Shown in pieces: positions 20,901-32,062 of a stretch of 39,731 nt of DNA (position 1 is its first letter; each line of letters starts with the position of its first letter). The notes under the pieces were generated by a model. The model made no database searches. It was not told where the DNA came from and saw only the letters and a program-made list of their open reading frames with translations. Source of the stretch: an uncultured Acidobacteriota bacterium (GTDB lineage: Bacteria; Acidobacteriota; JAQAZP01); assembly GCA_963836075.1 (NCBI GenBank), contig CAWIIB010000005.1, positions 1 through 39,731 of the forward strand, given 5' to 3'. The position numbers and the translations under genes were made by a program.

Positions 20901-23167
20901 CCCCAGCCGCTGGTGGGGACGATCCGTTTCGCCGACCCGGACCATCTTCCAAGGCAGGAAGGGACACTGGCCGGGAAATTGAAGATACGGACCGGGGAGA
21001 CCATGGATGCCAAACGGCTGGTGGATGACCAGGAACGGCTGACTTCCTATCTGATCAAGAAGGGCTTCCTGCGGTGCCGGGTGTCGGTGGACCGCCTGCC
21101 GCGGAAAGTGGGGGAGGGCGACCGTCCGGTAACCGACCTGGCTCTGGACCGTGACCGCCGGGCCGCGCTTCAAGGTGGATTACCGAGGCGGGCGTGTCCC
21201 CATGGGGCTCAAGGGCAAGATCCGCAAGCTCTGGTCCGGAGAGGCTTTTTTCGACGACAACCTGCGCCGGGCCAGGGAGATGCTGATCGGCCACTTCCGG
21301 AACAGGGGATTTCCCGACGTGGAGGTGTCGGTGGAACAACTGGCGCCCACGGATGACGGAGAGCCGACGGAGCTGGTTTTTGTCATGGACAAGGGGCCCG
21401 CGGCCCGTATCGGCGAGATCGAGGTCATGGGCAACCAGGCGCTCACCGCTCAACGGGTGACCGGCCTCCTGGAGGGTCAGCCGGACCAGGCCCAGCTGAA
21501 GATCCGGGGTCCTCTACGTGGAGGAACAGGTGGAGCAGGCCCTGGCCCGTGTACGTTCGGTGTACCGGGCCAAGGGATACAACGATGTCCGGCTGGATCA
21601 TCTCACCGGATCGCCGGCGTCAGGATCCTCCGGCGGCGGGGAGAAGACGGTTCCCCTGCGGATCACCATCACCGAGAGCGTGCGCGACGTGGTGCACCGG
21701 GTTCGGTTTGCCGGACTCAATGGCATCAACGAGATCGATGTCCGCAACCGCTTTCTCTACCGTGAGGGTGAGCCCTATGATGCCTCCCGCCGCAAGGCGG
21801 CCAAGGATGACCTGGTGCGTTACATCGACCAGGAGGGGTTCGTGGACGCCCGTTTGAAGATCGAGGTCAGCAAGCAGGAACCCGGTGATGACGGCGCGGT
21901 GCCCCACCTGATCACGGTGAGCGTGGAGGAGGGCCGGCGGCACCTGGTGGACCACTGGCGCTTCGCCGGCAATGTGCTCACGGACAACCGGGTCATCCGC
22001 CAGGAGATGGTGGTCCGGCCCGGAGAGCCGCTGAGCCGCTTCGGCATGCTGCAGAGCCAGCGCAATCTCTACCGCACCGGACTCTTCGACCAGGTGGTGA
22101 TCCGCCACGAGCCGCTGCCCGGTCCGCTGGACGGGCCCCTCCGGGTCCGCCTGGTGGTGGAGATGGAGGAACGGGACAATCTCCAGCTCACCGGCGGTGC
22201 GGGATACGACACAGAGGAGCTTCTGCGGGGATACCTGCAGTTCAACAACCTCAACTTCATGGGCGCCCGCCGGATCCTCGGCCTGCAGCTCAGGGGGTCC
22301 AGCAAACGCCAGCGGCTGCAGGTCACCGGCACGGAAACCCGCTTTCTCAACCGCAGCGACATGGAGGCCACGGTGGTGGCCTTTGCCGCCCAGGAAGTGG
22401 AGGAGAGTTATGACATCTCCCGGCTCAGCGCCTCCTTCCAGGTGGACTGGGATTACTCACCGCACTGGCGTTTCCTCTACGGCTACAATTTCGAGGCCAA
22501 CCGGCTGGACGAGGTGCGGGTGCTGGAGGACGTGGTGGAGAACCGTGAGGAAACATATCGAATTTCCCGGCTCAGACTGTCACCGATCTATGATGCCCGG
22601 CGACGATATCTTCAACCCCACCCGCGGGCTGTTCATGAGCGGTGAACTGGGAACAGCGCTCAAGGCACTGGGTTCGGAGGTGCAGTTCCTGCGCTCGCTG
22701 TTCAGCGGCAGTTACCACAAGCCGCTCTTTCAGCCGCACGGTCTGGTACTCCTCAGTGCGGCTTGGTCTGATGGGCTGGCCGGGGTCCAAGCAGTATATC
22801 CCGCTGTCCGAGCGGTTTTATGCCGGCGGTTCCAGCACCGTGCGCGGGTTCCCCTTCGACCGGCTGGGGCCGCTGGACCCCAAGATCCGGTCTGCCCCTG
22901 GGCGGCGAGGGGCTGGTCATCCTGAACCAGGAACTGCGTTTCCCGCTCTACGGTGATCTGGGGGCCACGGTCTTCGTCGACGTGGGAAACGTGTTCCCCA
23001 GGGTCAGTGACATGTTCAAGGACTTCGATCTGCGCAGCACCGCCGGGGTGGGTTTGCGGTACCGCACACCGGTGGGGCCGGTGCGCATGGAGTATGGCTG
23101 GATCCTGGGCCGCCAGGAGGGGGAAGGGGCAGGCGAGTTCTATCTCAGCATCGGCAATGCGTTCTAA
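20901..23167 (+). CDS. Omp85 (BamA/TamA-family) region with about 5 POTRA domains and a beta-barrel; C-terminal part of the probable fusion
   Basis: POTRA motifs (YLIKKGF, HFRNRGFPDVEV, YRAKGYNDV, FAGNVLTDNRVIRQEM, SQRNLYRTGLF); barrel ERFYAGGSSTVRGF, GVGLRYRTPVGPVRMEYG and terminal SIGNAF. No signal peptide of its own. Confidence 0.88.
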
Positions 23168-23302
23168 AGCGGCGGCAGGACCTCATCTGAGGCCCAATAG
23201 CGGCGTTGCGGGGCGATGAAACATGTTTCGCTTTGACAGCTGTAATCATCCACCGGGATAATGGAATAAAATGTCAGGAGAAGAAGTGGGGAAAAGAGGG
23301 AG

Positions 23303-24226
23303 ATGAAGAAGAGCGAGAAGGACACCGAATTCAAGGTCATTTTCCGGGGTGTGCGGGGCAGTCATGCGGTACCCGGCAGCGGAACGGTGAAGGTGGGCGG
23401 CAACACCTCGTGCGTCGAGGTCAGGGCCGCCGGCCGCATACTGATCATCGATGCCGGGACCGGGATCGTCGGTCTGGGTAAACAACTGGTGACGGAGCAG
23501 GCCGACCGCAATGACGGCGGCCTCGAATTGACCCTGCTGATTTCCCACACCCATCACGACCACACCCAGGGCTTCCCTTTCTTCAGGCCGCTCTACGATC
23601 CGCGGAGCACGATCCACATTTTTGGCCCGCGATACAATGGTGAGACCATGGAGGACGCCCTGACCCATGCCCTCCTCTCACCATACTTTCCGGTGCAGCT
23701 GGAAAGCCTCTCCGCCACGATCAATATCGGAAATCTGGACGGCGGAGAGATCATCTCCTGGGGCCGGGGAAGCGCCGGGCCTGAACTGCGTCAGCGCGCC
23801 TCCTCCGCCCGGGATCTTCCACGGGTGCGGGTGCTGCGCTGCCGCAACCATCCGGGCTGGGGCGTGCTGGCCTTCCGGGTGGAGTTGGGCGGACGCAGCC
23901 TGGTCTATGCCAGCGACATTGAGGGTACCGGGGGCAGGGATGGATCGCGTCTGGTCACCTTCTGCCGGGATTGCGACCTCCTGGTCCATGATGCCCAGTA
24001 TCTGCCCACTGAGTATGCCGGCCGGGACGGTGGACGGAAAGGGTATGGTCACAGCACGTTCGAGATGGCCTGCGACCTGGCGACCCGTGCCCGGGTCCAG
24101 CGCCTGATGCTCTACCACTTCAGCCCGGACCACGACGACCAACTGGTGACTCGCATGGAACGTGCTGCCAGGAGCCTCTTTCCCGGTGCCGGGGCGGCCC
24201 GCGAAGGCCAGGTGATCAGCCTCTGA
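23303..24226 (+). CDS. MBL-fold metallo-hydrolase (RNase Z / phosphodiesterase-like)
   Basis: Intact 307-aa ORF; GVRGS, GGNTSCVEV, DAGTG, SHTHHDH (HxHxDH), HDAQY, GHST and YHFSP. Confidence 0.9.
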   Translation: MKKSEKDTEFKVIFRGVRGSHAVPGSGTVKVGGNTSCVEVRAAGRILIIDAGTGIVGLGKQLVTEQADRNDGGLELTLLISHTHHDHTQGFPFFRPLYDPRSTIHIFGPRYNGETMEDALTHALLSPYFPVQLESLSATINIGNLDGGEIISWGRGSAGPELRQRASSARDLPRVRVLRCRNHPGWGVLAFRVELGGRSLVYASDIEGTGGRDGSRLVTFCRDCDLLVHDAQYLPTEYAGRDGGRKGYGHSTFEMACDLATRARVQRLMLYHFSPDHDDQLVTRMERAARSLFPGAGAAREGQVISL

Positions 24227-24234
24227 TCCCGCCC

Positions 24235-24342
24235 TGTTCATGTGTCGGGACGAGGGGTGAGAAGCCGTCTCCCGAGAGCTCGAAATGCGGTCCCACGGAA
24301 GATCGCTTCGTCGCCTGCGACCCCTGGATGATAATAATGACA
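24235..24342. repeat. Degenerate palindromic repeat, probably the same family as 27209-27303
   Basis: TGTTCAT...GAAGCCGTCTC...GAAGATCGCTTCGTCGC...AATGACA parallels TGTCATT...GAAGCAATCTC...GAGATTGCTTCG...GATTACA. Confidence 0.4.
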
Positions 24343-24483
24343 GTCTCTCTTCACCATTGCATATTGTGCCTTTATCGTTTTCATCGTCCCGCCGATAGGT
24401 ACAAGTGGTTGGTTTGATAGCGGCCATCTCCGGCTCGCCAGGCGGATTTTTGCGTGCCGGTTCTTGTATTTCTGGAGGAGCTG

Positions 24484-27138
24484 ATGATCCATCGATCCCG
24501 CCGCCGCAGCTCGTGGCTCATTGCCGGGCTGGTGAGCTTGTGGTTCCCGCTGGTCGTGATTGCCGGTGAACCCCTGGACGGAATGGGCGGGGAGGGCCGG
24601 GTCCGCCGGGCCTGCTCTGGGTGGACACGCACCACGAGGATGCATCGGTGAACCGCAAGCAGGTGGCGATCACTGCCGACGGGGAGTTTGTTTTCACCGG
24701 ATGGTGGATCAACAACGAACGGGTGCAGCTCTACCGGCGGGGTGAGACGAATAGCGTTGAGTGGCGAGCTGACATTCAGGGCACGGAGTGGTTCCTTCCC
24801 TGGAGAGCGACCGTGCGGGACGGAGCCTGGTCTGCGCCACCCGGGGCAACCACGCGGAGCTGCAGTCTCTTCTCTACCTCTGGGACAAAGCCTCCCCGAA
24901 ACCGGTCCACCAGATGCAATCCACCACCGGACCACTTGTGGGTTGACGCCGAAACCTGTGACGACGGGCGGTTCTTCTTTGGCCTGGCCCAGGGACCCTC
25001 ACCGGGCTTTATCGGGCGAGTGGTCTGTTACGATCGGGAATCAGGGGCGCTGCTCTGGTGGCACGAAATGAACGCCCAGGCCCTGGGTCTTGACTGCTCG
25101 GCGGACGGGATGCGCCTGGCCGCTGCCAGCCGGTGGGAGACGGTGGTGCTGGATACCGCCACCGGTCTGCCGCTGGACCTGGTGACCCATCCCGGCGGGG
25201 CCCAGGCCCTGCCGGCCCTGTCCGGTGACGGGACGCTGCTGGCCGTAGGCACCACCGACGGGCGACTGGCCCTGTACGGCTGGGACGGATCGTCCTATCT
25301 TGAGCGCTGGCAATACAGTTTTCCGGTTCTGGACGATCAGTCATTTGTCAGCTGTGTGGATATTTCGGATGACGGCAGCACGGTGGCTGCTGGAACTCTC
25401 GATTTCTTGACCGACAATATCTACGGCGGCAAGTTGCATGGTCTTCAACGCTTCGGCGCCGCTGCCCCTGTTCAGCAATACCGGTTTCGGTGACCAGGTA
25501 AACGAGGTTGAGTTGACGGCTGACGGACTACGGGTTGCGGCGGTCTCACATGGCCGGTTTGGCGACGGGGACGGTATGCTGATGGCGGTTTTCGACAGGG
25601 ACAGCGCCAGAACCGTGTTCAGCGTTTCGGACGAGGAGATCCAGGGCGTTGGCTCGGCTTACAGTGTTGCGCTCTCCGAAGACGGTTCGCTGGTGGCCTT
25701 CGGGGGGAAGGCCTGCCATGCCAGGGAGGAGGGTTCCGGCGGGTACGTGGCCATGGTCCGGCTCTCCACGGCCTTCCTCTCCTTCCTTGACGCCATGGGC
25801 GGGGAAACCGGGGAAATCCTGGTGGGCCTGGATCTGGGTCTCCTGCTGGAGGACCACATGGCGAATGCCGATCCCGGCATCAGAGACACCGTCGATGTGC
25901 GGGTGGTCAATACGGCCGCCGGGGACGAGGAACAGGCCACACTGTTGGAAACTGCGCCGGACAGCGGTCGCTTCAGGGGCACGCTGCCCACGGCCTTTTC
26001 TCCGTCCACCATGCCGGTGGCGGGGGACGGGCGTCTGGACTGCGGCAGCGGTGACCTGGTGCGGGCCGTCTACGTCGATGACAGCGTCCCCGCGAACCTC
26101 ATTCGGGCCGAAGCGCACACCCGCTGGCGCACCCAGATTGTCAGTGCTCCGGGCCCGCAACGGGACAACCCGGCCAGGGGTCGAATTTTTGATCCTTTTG
26201 GTCAGGCCGACCTGGCCGGAGAGATCGGAGCTTACGGGGACCTGGGGTTCGGAATGCGTGTTGCCCTGGGGGACATGGATGGTGACGGTATTGACGAAAT
26301 CGTCACCGGCCCGGGGCCCGGTCCGGAATACGGACCGGCCGTTCGGGTGGTGGACGCTGACGGAACCATTCTGACCGACCTGTCGTTCATGGCTTACGGC
26401 ACCTGGCGCTACGGAGTCAATGTGGCCTGCGGTGACGTGGACGGTGACGGCATCGACGAGATTATCACCGGTGCCGGGCCCGGCTCCATGTTCGGCCCCC
26501 ACGTCCGGGGGTGGAATGCCGATGGTGCGGACGCCAGCCCGATCCCGGGACTCAGCTTCCTGGCATACGGCACAAACCGCTTCGGGGTCAACGTGGCCTG
26601 TGGTGACGTGGACGGGGACGGTATCGACGAGATCATCACCGGTGCCGGTCCCGGCGCGGTATTCGGGTCCCCACGTCCGGGGGTGGAATCACGACGGCGG
26701 GTCCGGGGTGACGCCGATACCGGGTCTGAGCTTCCTGGCTTACGGCACGAACCGCTTCGGGGTCAACGTGGCCTGCGGTGACCTGGAGGGTGACGGGCAG
26801 GATGAGATCATCACCGGTCCGGGACCGGGAGACGTGTTCTCCTCCCACGTTCGGGCCTGGCGCCCGGACGTCGGTGGTGTCTCCCCGGTGCCCGGGGTGA
26901 GCTTCCTGGCCTATGGCCAGGACTACCGCTTTGGTGCACAGGTGGCGGCGGGAGACCTGGATCTCGACGGCATTGACGAGCTGGTCGCCGTGCCGGGTGC
27001 CGACCCCTGGCGCCCTGCCGAATCCGGGGCTTCAAGGCCACCGGGTGCGGCGTGCTGGAGCTGGACTACTGTGATTTCCTGGCTTTTGACGGCCAGGTAA
27101 CCGGGGGCGGGACCGTCGCCGCGGGAAGTTTGCGGTGA
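24484..27138 (+). CDS. Large secreted protein (~880 aa): WD40/PQQ-like beta-propeller, Ig-like domain and C-terminal FG-GAP (integrin-alpha-like) repeats; frameshifted
   Basis: GGAGGAG RBS and ATG 24484 with signal peptide; propeller blades (ALSGDGTLLAVG, VDISDDGSTVAAG, VALSEDGSLVAFG); LLETAPDSGRFRG Ig-like module; five GDxD/ExDGxDE repeats. Confidence 0.8.
26254..27000 (+). repeat. Intragenic tandem repeats (~160-175 nt period) encoding FG-GAP units
   Basis: Near-identical DNA units such as GGGGTCAACGTGGCCTG(C/T)GGTGAC...GAGATCATCACCGGT at about 26415, 26585 and 26760. Confidence 0.85.
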
Positions 27139-27208
27139 CTCTTGCCATTGCGAGCCACGACCCGCGGGGGACACGGGAACTAAGCGAAAGAAACCACTGC
27201 CCTCTCAC

Positions 27209-27303
27209 TGTCATTGCGAGGAGCCGGCAAAGACGGCGACGAAGCAATCTCAACGGCGCCATTTCCGCCTGAATGAGATTGCTTCGCTACGCTCGCGATT
27301 ACA
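27209..27303. repeat. Short palindromic element (REP/MITE-like, GTCATTGCGAG family)
   Basis: Outer arms TGTCATTGCGAG / CTCGCGATTACA and inner arms CGAAGCAATCTCA / TGAGATTGCTTCG; extra partial left end TGCCATTGCGAG at 27143-27154; lies between convergent genes. Confidence 0.75.
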
Positions 27304-27326
27304 CCGGGCGCCAGTCCCCATTGTTG

Positions 27327-28609
27327 TTACGACCGCCGCATCCAGCGCAGGATCTCCATCGGCCCGGGCCGTTTGCCATACATCAGTATCCCCACCCGGA
27401 AAATCTTGCCCGCCAGCCACATCATCCCCACGTTGGCGCCGATGAGCAGCACGATGGAGAGAGCGATTTGCCAGAAGGCCGGCATCACCGTATTGATCCG
27501 GATGAACATGATGAACGGAGTGAAGAAGGGAATCAGCGACACGATCTGTGCCGCCATCGACGTGGGGTTGTTGATGAAAAAGAAAGAGGTGAACGTTGGC
27601 AGCATGATCAGAATCAGGATCGGAAACTGCGCCTGCTGGGCCTCCTGGTCGGTGTTGCACACGGCTCCCACCGCGGCATAGAGCGTCGCGTAGAGAAAGT
27701 AGCCCAGGATGAAGAAGAGGAGCATGTAGCCGAACATCGCCGGCGAAAGCCCCTCGCAGCAGCGGCCCGAGGGTCTGCTGCGACAGCCGTAGATCAGGAA
27801 GGCCGCGCCGGAAATGGCGTAGACCACCATCTGGGTCAGGCCCACCAGGGCGATGCCGGTCACCTTGCCCACCATCAACTGGAAGGGGGTGACCGAGGAG
27901 AGCAGCACCTCGACGATGCGTGACGACTTCTCCTCGATGATCCCGCGCATGATGTTGACGCCCCAGAGGATGAACATCATGTAGAAGAGGAACATCAGGA
28001 GGTAGTTGACGCCAAAGCTGATCACCCGGGCCTCCTCGGATTTCTCCTCTTCCGCACCGGTCTTGGTCACCTCTACGACGCCCATCTCGACGTCCCGGGT
28101 CAGATGCCGCAGTTCGTCGCGGTCGAGACCCGAATCGCTGGCATCCAGCCGCAGGTCGAGGACCACTTTGTACAGTGCGTCATCCATCCGCTGTTGTTCG
28201 TTGAAACCGATATTGCGGGCGAAGTACTTGATGCCTCCTTCCTCGTCAAATCCCGGTTCACCACCAGGTAGGCGTCGAGGACTGCCGTCCAGCACCCGCT
28301 GGTTCAGAGCCTGGCGGGCGGCGGTGGGGCCCTCGTCCCCCGGGTCGATCATCTCCACCAGGTAGCGGGGCCGGTCATCGTCGAGGGTGTATCGGCCAGT
28401 GCCTTGTCCAGCGGCCCGGCAAACCCGCCGTGGAGGTCCACCAGGGCCAGGTTCTGCTGCACCGAGGGCGACAGCATCATCATCACCGTGGGCAGGCCCA
28501 TCAGCAGGGCCATCAGCACCGGGCCGAGAATCGTGAAAATGACGAAGCTCTTCTTCTTCACCCGGGTCAGGTATTCGCGTTTGAGGACGGCCAGTATCTT
28601 GTTCATCAC
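27327..28609 (-). CDS. ABC-2 type exporter permease (NatB/YhaP-like), frameshifted
   Basis: KREYLTRVKKKSF N-terminus; IIEEKSSRIVEVLLSSV, GKVTG, LYAAVGA, SLIPFFTP and AGKIFRVGILMYGK. Confidence 0.9.
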
Positions 28610-29512
28610 GCGGCCTCCTTTCCCACGATGTTGACGAAGATGTTGTGCAGGGTCGGCTCCATCACCTGGAAGCGCGTCAGCGCGATCCCGCTGGCCATGG
28701 CCCGATCGAGCAGTGCTTTCGACGCTACACCTTCGGCCAGGGTCACCTCGGCATAATTGCCGTAGCGGTCAACGCGTTCCACCAGGGCCTTGTCATCGAG
28801 GAACGGTGCGTCGCCGTCGAACTCCAGGGCGATGGTGTTGGTGCCGTAGCTGTGCTTCACATCGCTCAGCCGGCCGTCCAGCACCTTTTTGCCCTTGTTG
28901 ATCAGGCAGATGTATTCGCAGAGCTTCTCCACCTGCTCCATGATGTGGGTGGAGAAGACGATGGTTTTGCCCTGTTCGTGCTGCTCGAGAATGATCTCCT
29001 TGAGCATGTCGACATTCACCGGGTCCAGGCCCGAGAACGGCTCGTCGAGGATCAGCAGCTCCGGTTCGTGGATCAGTGCGGCGACGAACTGCACCTTCTG
29101 CTGCATCCCCTTGGACAGCTCCTCCACCTTCTTTTCCTTCCAGTCGCCCAGACCCAACCCGCTCCAGCCAGCTGTCGGTGCGCTCCTTGCCGACCCGGGC
29201 GCCGACGCCCTTGATCGACGCCAGGTAGTGCAGCACCTCGTTCACCTTCATCTTGGGGTAGAGCCCGCGCTCCTCCGGCAGGTAGCCGATCCGCTCCTTG
29301 AGCTGCTCGTTCATCCCCTCGCCCAGCACCTCGATCCGGCCCTGTGTCGGGGATGAGGATGTTCATCACCATCCGGATGGAGGTGGTCTTGCCGGCGCCG
29401 TTGGGCCCCAGCAGGCCGAAAACACTTCCCCGGGGCACCACCAGGTCGAGGCTGTCCACCGCCTTGTGCCCCTCGTAGGCCTTGGTTACCTGTCGATCCT
29501 GATTGCGTCCAT
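28606..29512 (-). CDS. ABC exporter ATP-binding protein (NatA/YhaQ-like), frameshifted
   Basis: Walker A GPNGAGKTT, GYLPEERGLY, signature LSKGMQQK, Walker B LILDEPFSGLD and STH; overlaps the permease start. Confidence 0.93.
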
Positions 29513-29669
29513 GTTGTTCACCTGTGCGTCGGTTGTTTCCGGGCGACACTCCGCCGGGTGCTCTTCAGGATATACGCATGCAAGGGTCCGAGGTTTCAGC
29601 ATGTACGGGCTTCGGCGGTCCCGGTCAGGGCCGCGCTGACCGGTGAGCCACTCTGAGTCGATGGTCGAC

Positions 29670-30298
29670 CTACTCCGTGCTGCCTGCGGCAGCGGCCACC
29701 AGGGCCTCCCTGAACTTGTCCACCTTGAACAGGTTGACCACCGCGTCGAGCAGGAGTCGCTGAGGCTTCGTGGTAGTTTTCGGCCTTCATCGAGCGGCCG
29801 AAACGCTTGGACTGCCGCCGGCCACGCCGGCCCAGAGGGTCTCCCCGCCGCTGACCACCTTGATCTTCAGCAGCACCTCGGCCTGGTAGACGTTCTCCTC
29901 GAGGCAGAAGAACTTCTTCACTTCGCCGGAGATGGTGACGTCGGCCCCCTCGTCGGCCACGTCGATGCCCAGGTCACCGATCACCGTCTTCATGTGCGTG
30001 GCCACGAATTCGGCCACGCTGTCGTGGTGGTCACCTTGAGGATCGTTCCCTTGTCCTCATCCTCGCGGTTTTCGCCGATCAGTTCGGGCTCCTCCCGGTT
30101 GTCCTCCAGCGCGCCCACCCCGAGGGTCAGGTCGTAGAGGCCGGTGAGGTCCACCGCGCCCACTTCCCCCATCTCGGTGGTCGGGCTCCAGACCAGCGGG
30201 ATGCCTTCGAGGCTCTTCTTCTTTTTGGCCAGCGCGTCATCGGCGGCCGCCATGGTGAAAACGACGAGGAGCAGCATCACGATCAGGCACTTTTTCAC
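29670..30298 (-). CDS. Secreted hypothetical protein, possibly YajG/LptE-like fold (frameshifted)
   Basis: GGAGG RBS; signal peptide MKKCLIVMLLLVVFTMAAADDALA; fragments join into ...DNRE.P.LIGEN...ISGEVKKFFCLE...RFGRSMKAENYHEA... Confidence 0.65.
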
Positions 30299-30548
30299 GG
30301 GGGCACCTCCATGGTGGTTTTCGTACAGCCCGCACGCACCGGTTAGGGCCGGGGCCCGGAGGTGCGTGCGGCTGACGGCTGTTTGTCTGTATCCGGAGTC
30401 GAAAACAGTATATCAAATCTGGAGATGATTGAATCAATTGACCAGCCCGCTTTTCCCGGCCGCTGCAAACAGGCTATGCTTGGGTCTGGGGGAACCGTAG
30501 CCGGGGTGCGGCAGGTTCACGGTGTTACGCAGGAGTGTGGAGGAGCAG

Positions 30549-31378
30549 GTGGTGGAGAAGGAATCCCGTACCCGTCAACCGGGCCCGGGCGGCCTGGACC
30601 TGGTGGGGTGTCCCAGAAAAAACGGTGTCTGGCGGCTGTCGGACGTCGGAGCCTTTCGCGGGCCCCAGGGACCGCTACCTGCGAGGTGCGCCAGCGCGAG
30701 GGCCGGCTGCTGGACGACGAGACGGTGCGCCGGTTGCCCGTGGTGCCGCCGGGCCACCCCCAGGCCGGGGAGTGGCGGGTCAGGGCCCGGTCGCTGGCCC
30801 GGCTGCAGACCTATCTCGATGCACACCGGGATCTGTCAGTGATCCTCGACGTGGGCTGCGGCAACGGCTGGATGGCGGCCCGGCTGGCCGAACCGGCCGG
30901 GTCGGCTGGTATACGGCCTCGACGTCAACGGGCATGAGCTGGAACAGGGCGCCCGGGTCTTCGGGGACAACCCGCGGCTGATATTTCTCTTCGCCGATGT
31001 GCTCGGTGACCAGGTTCCCGCGGGGCGGGATGGACCTGGTGCTGCTGGCCGGATCGGTGCAGTATTTCCCCGATCTTAACGGCATGCTGGTCCCCCGGTC
31101 TGCTCCGCCTGCTCCGGCCGGGCGGGGAGCTGCACATCATCGACAGTCCGTTTTACCACCGGGGGGAGGCGGAGCGGGCCAGGGCGCGGTCGCAGGACTA
31201 CTACCGCCGTCTCGGTTGCCCGGAGATGGCCGGTCACTACCATCACCATTGCTTCGAACAGCTGGAGCCGTTCGGCCCGCAACTGCTCCACGATCCGTCG
31301 CGGATTTTCTCACGGGTGCGGCGGAGAATTCCCGGCAGTGGAGAGTCGCCGTTTCCCTGGATCAGGATCAGAGCGTAG
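30549..31378 (+). CDS. Class I SAM-dependent methyltransferase (frameshifted)
   Basis: ILDVGCGNGW motif I, GLDVN, DLVLLAGSVQYFPD and LHIIDSPFY. Confidence 0.75.
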
Positions 31379-32057
31379 CCAGCGCTTCCACCGCCTCGTC
31401 GCTGCCGATGACCAGCAGGATGTCGCCGGGCAGGATCTTGCTCTCCGGCATGGGGACCTTGATCAGCCGTGCGCTCGGCTTGTTCTCATCCGACTCGCCC
31501 TTCTCCGATTCGGCGGGAGCGCCGGATGGCGGCCACGGTGATCCTGTGCTTTCGCCGGACGTCCAGTTCCTCGAGGGTCTTGTTGTGGAAGACTTTTGGC
31601 GCGGCCAACTGGGTCAGGCTGTAGCCCTCGGACAGGTCGAGGCGCTCCATGATCGAGGGCGCCAGCAGGCGGCTGCGCCACACTCGGCCGACTCCAGTTC
31701 GGGGTTGGCCACGCTGTCCGCGCCGATGCTGGTGAGGATTTTGGCGCGCGGTCGGTGGTGGCCCGGCTGATCACCTGCGGCACCCCCAGTTGCTTGAGCA
31801 CCACGGTGGTCAGCAGGTTGGCTTCGAAGGACGAGCCGATACCCACCACGGCCACGTCCACCTTGTGGATTCCCTGGGCCTCGCAGGGCGCTTTCGTCGG
31901 TGCTGTCGAGGCAGACGGCCAGGGTCACCGTGTCGCGGATCTCGTCCACCAGCGCCCTGTCCCGGTCCACGGCGATCACTTCGGCCCCGGCTTCGGCCAG
32001 CAGGGCGGAAAGCCGTTTGCCGAAGCGTCCCATCCCGATAACAGCGAATCGTTCCAT
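31368..32057 (-). CDS. ktrA: KtrA/TrkA-family potassium uptake regulatory subunit (RCK_N + RCK_C), frameshifted
   Basis: FAVIGMGRFG, VIAVDRD, DVAVVGIGSSFEAN, LKQLGVPQVISRA and a C-terminal ILPGDILLVIG. Confidence 0.85.
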
Positions 32058-32062
32058 CTGTC

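Noticed and set aside
23303-24226. MBL hydrolase as an anti-phage or RNA-repair partner of RtcB
   Set aside because: It is separated from rtcB by about 7 kb on the opposite strand and belongs to a common stand-alone family, so the sequence offers no link.
26254-27000. Regularly spaced DNA repeats as a possible CRISPR array or DGR template/variable repeat
   Set aside because: The units are ~170-nt coding repeats that differ mostly at synonymous positions. There are no unique spacers, no adenine-specific variation, and no cas or reverse transcriptase gene in the window.
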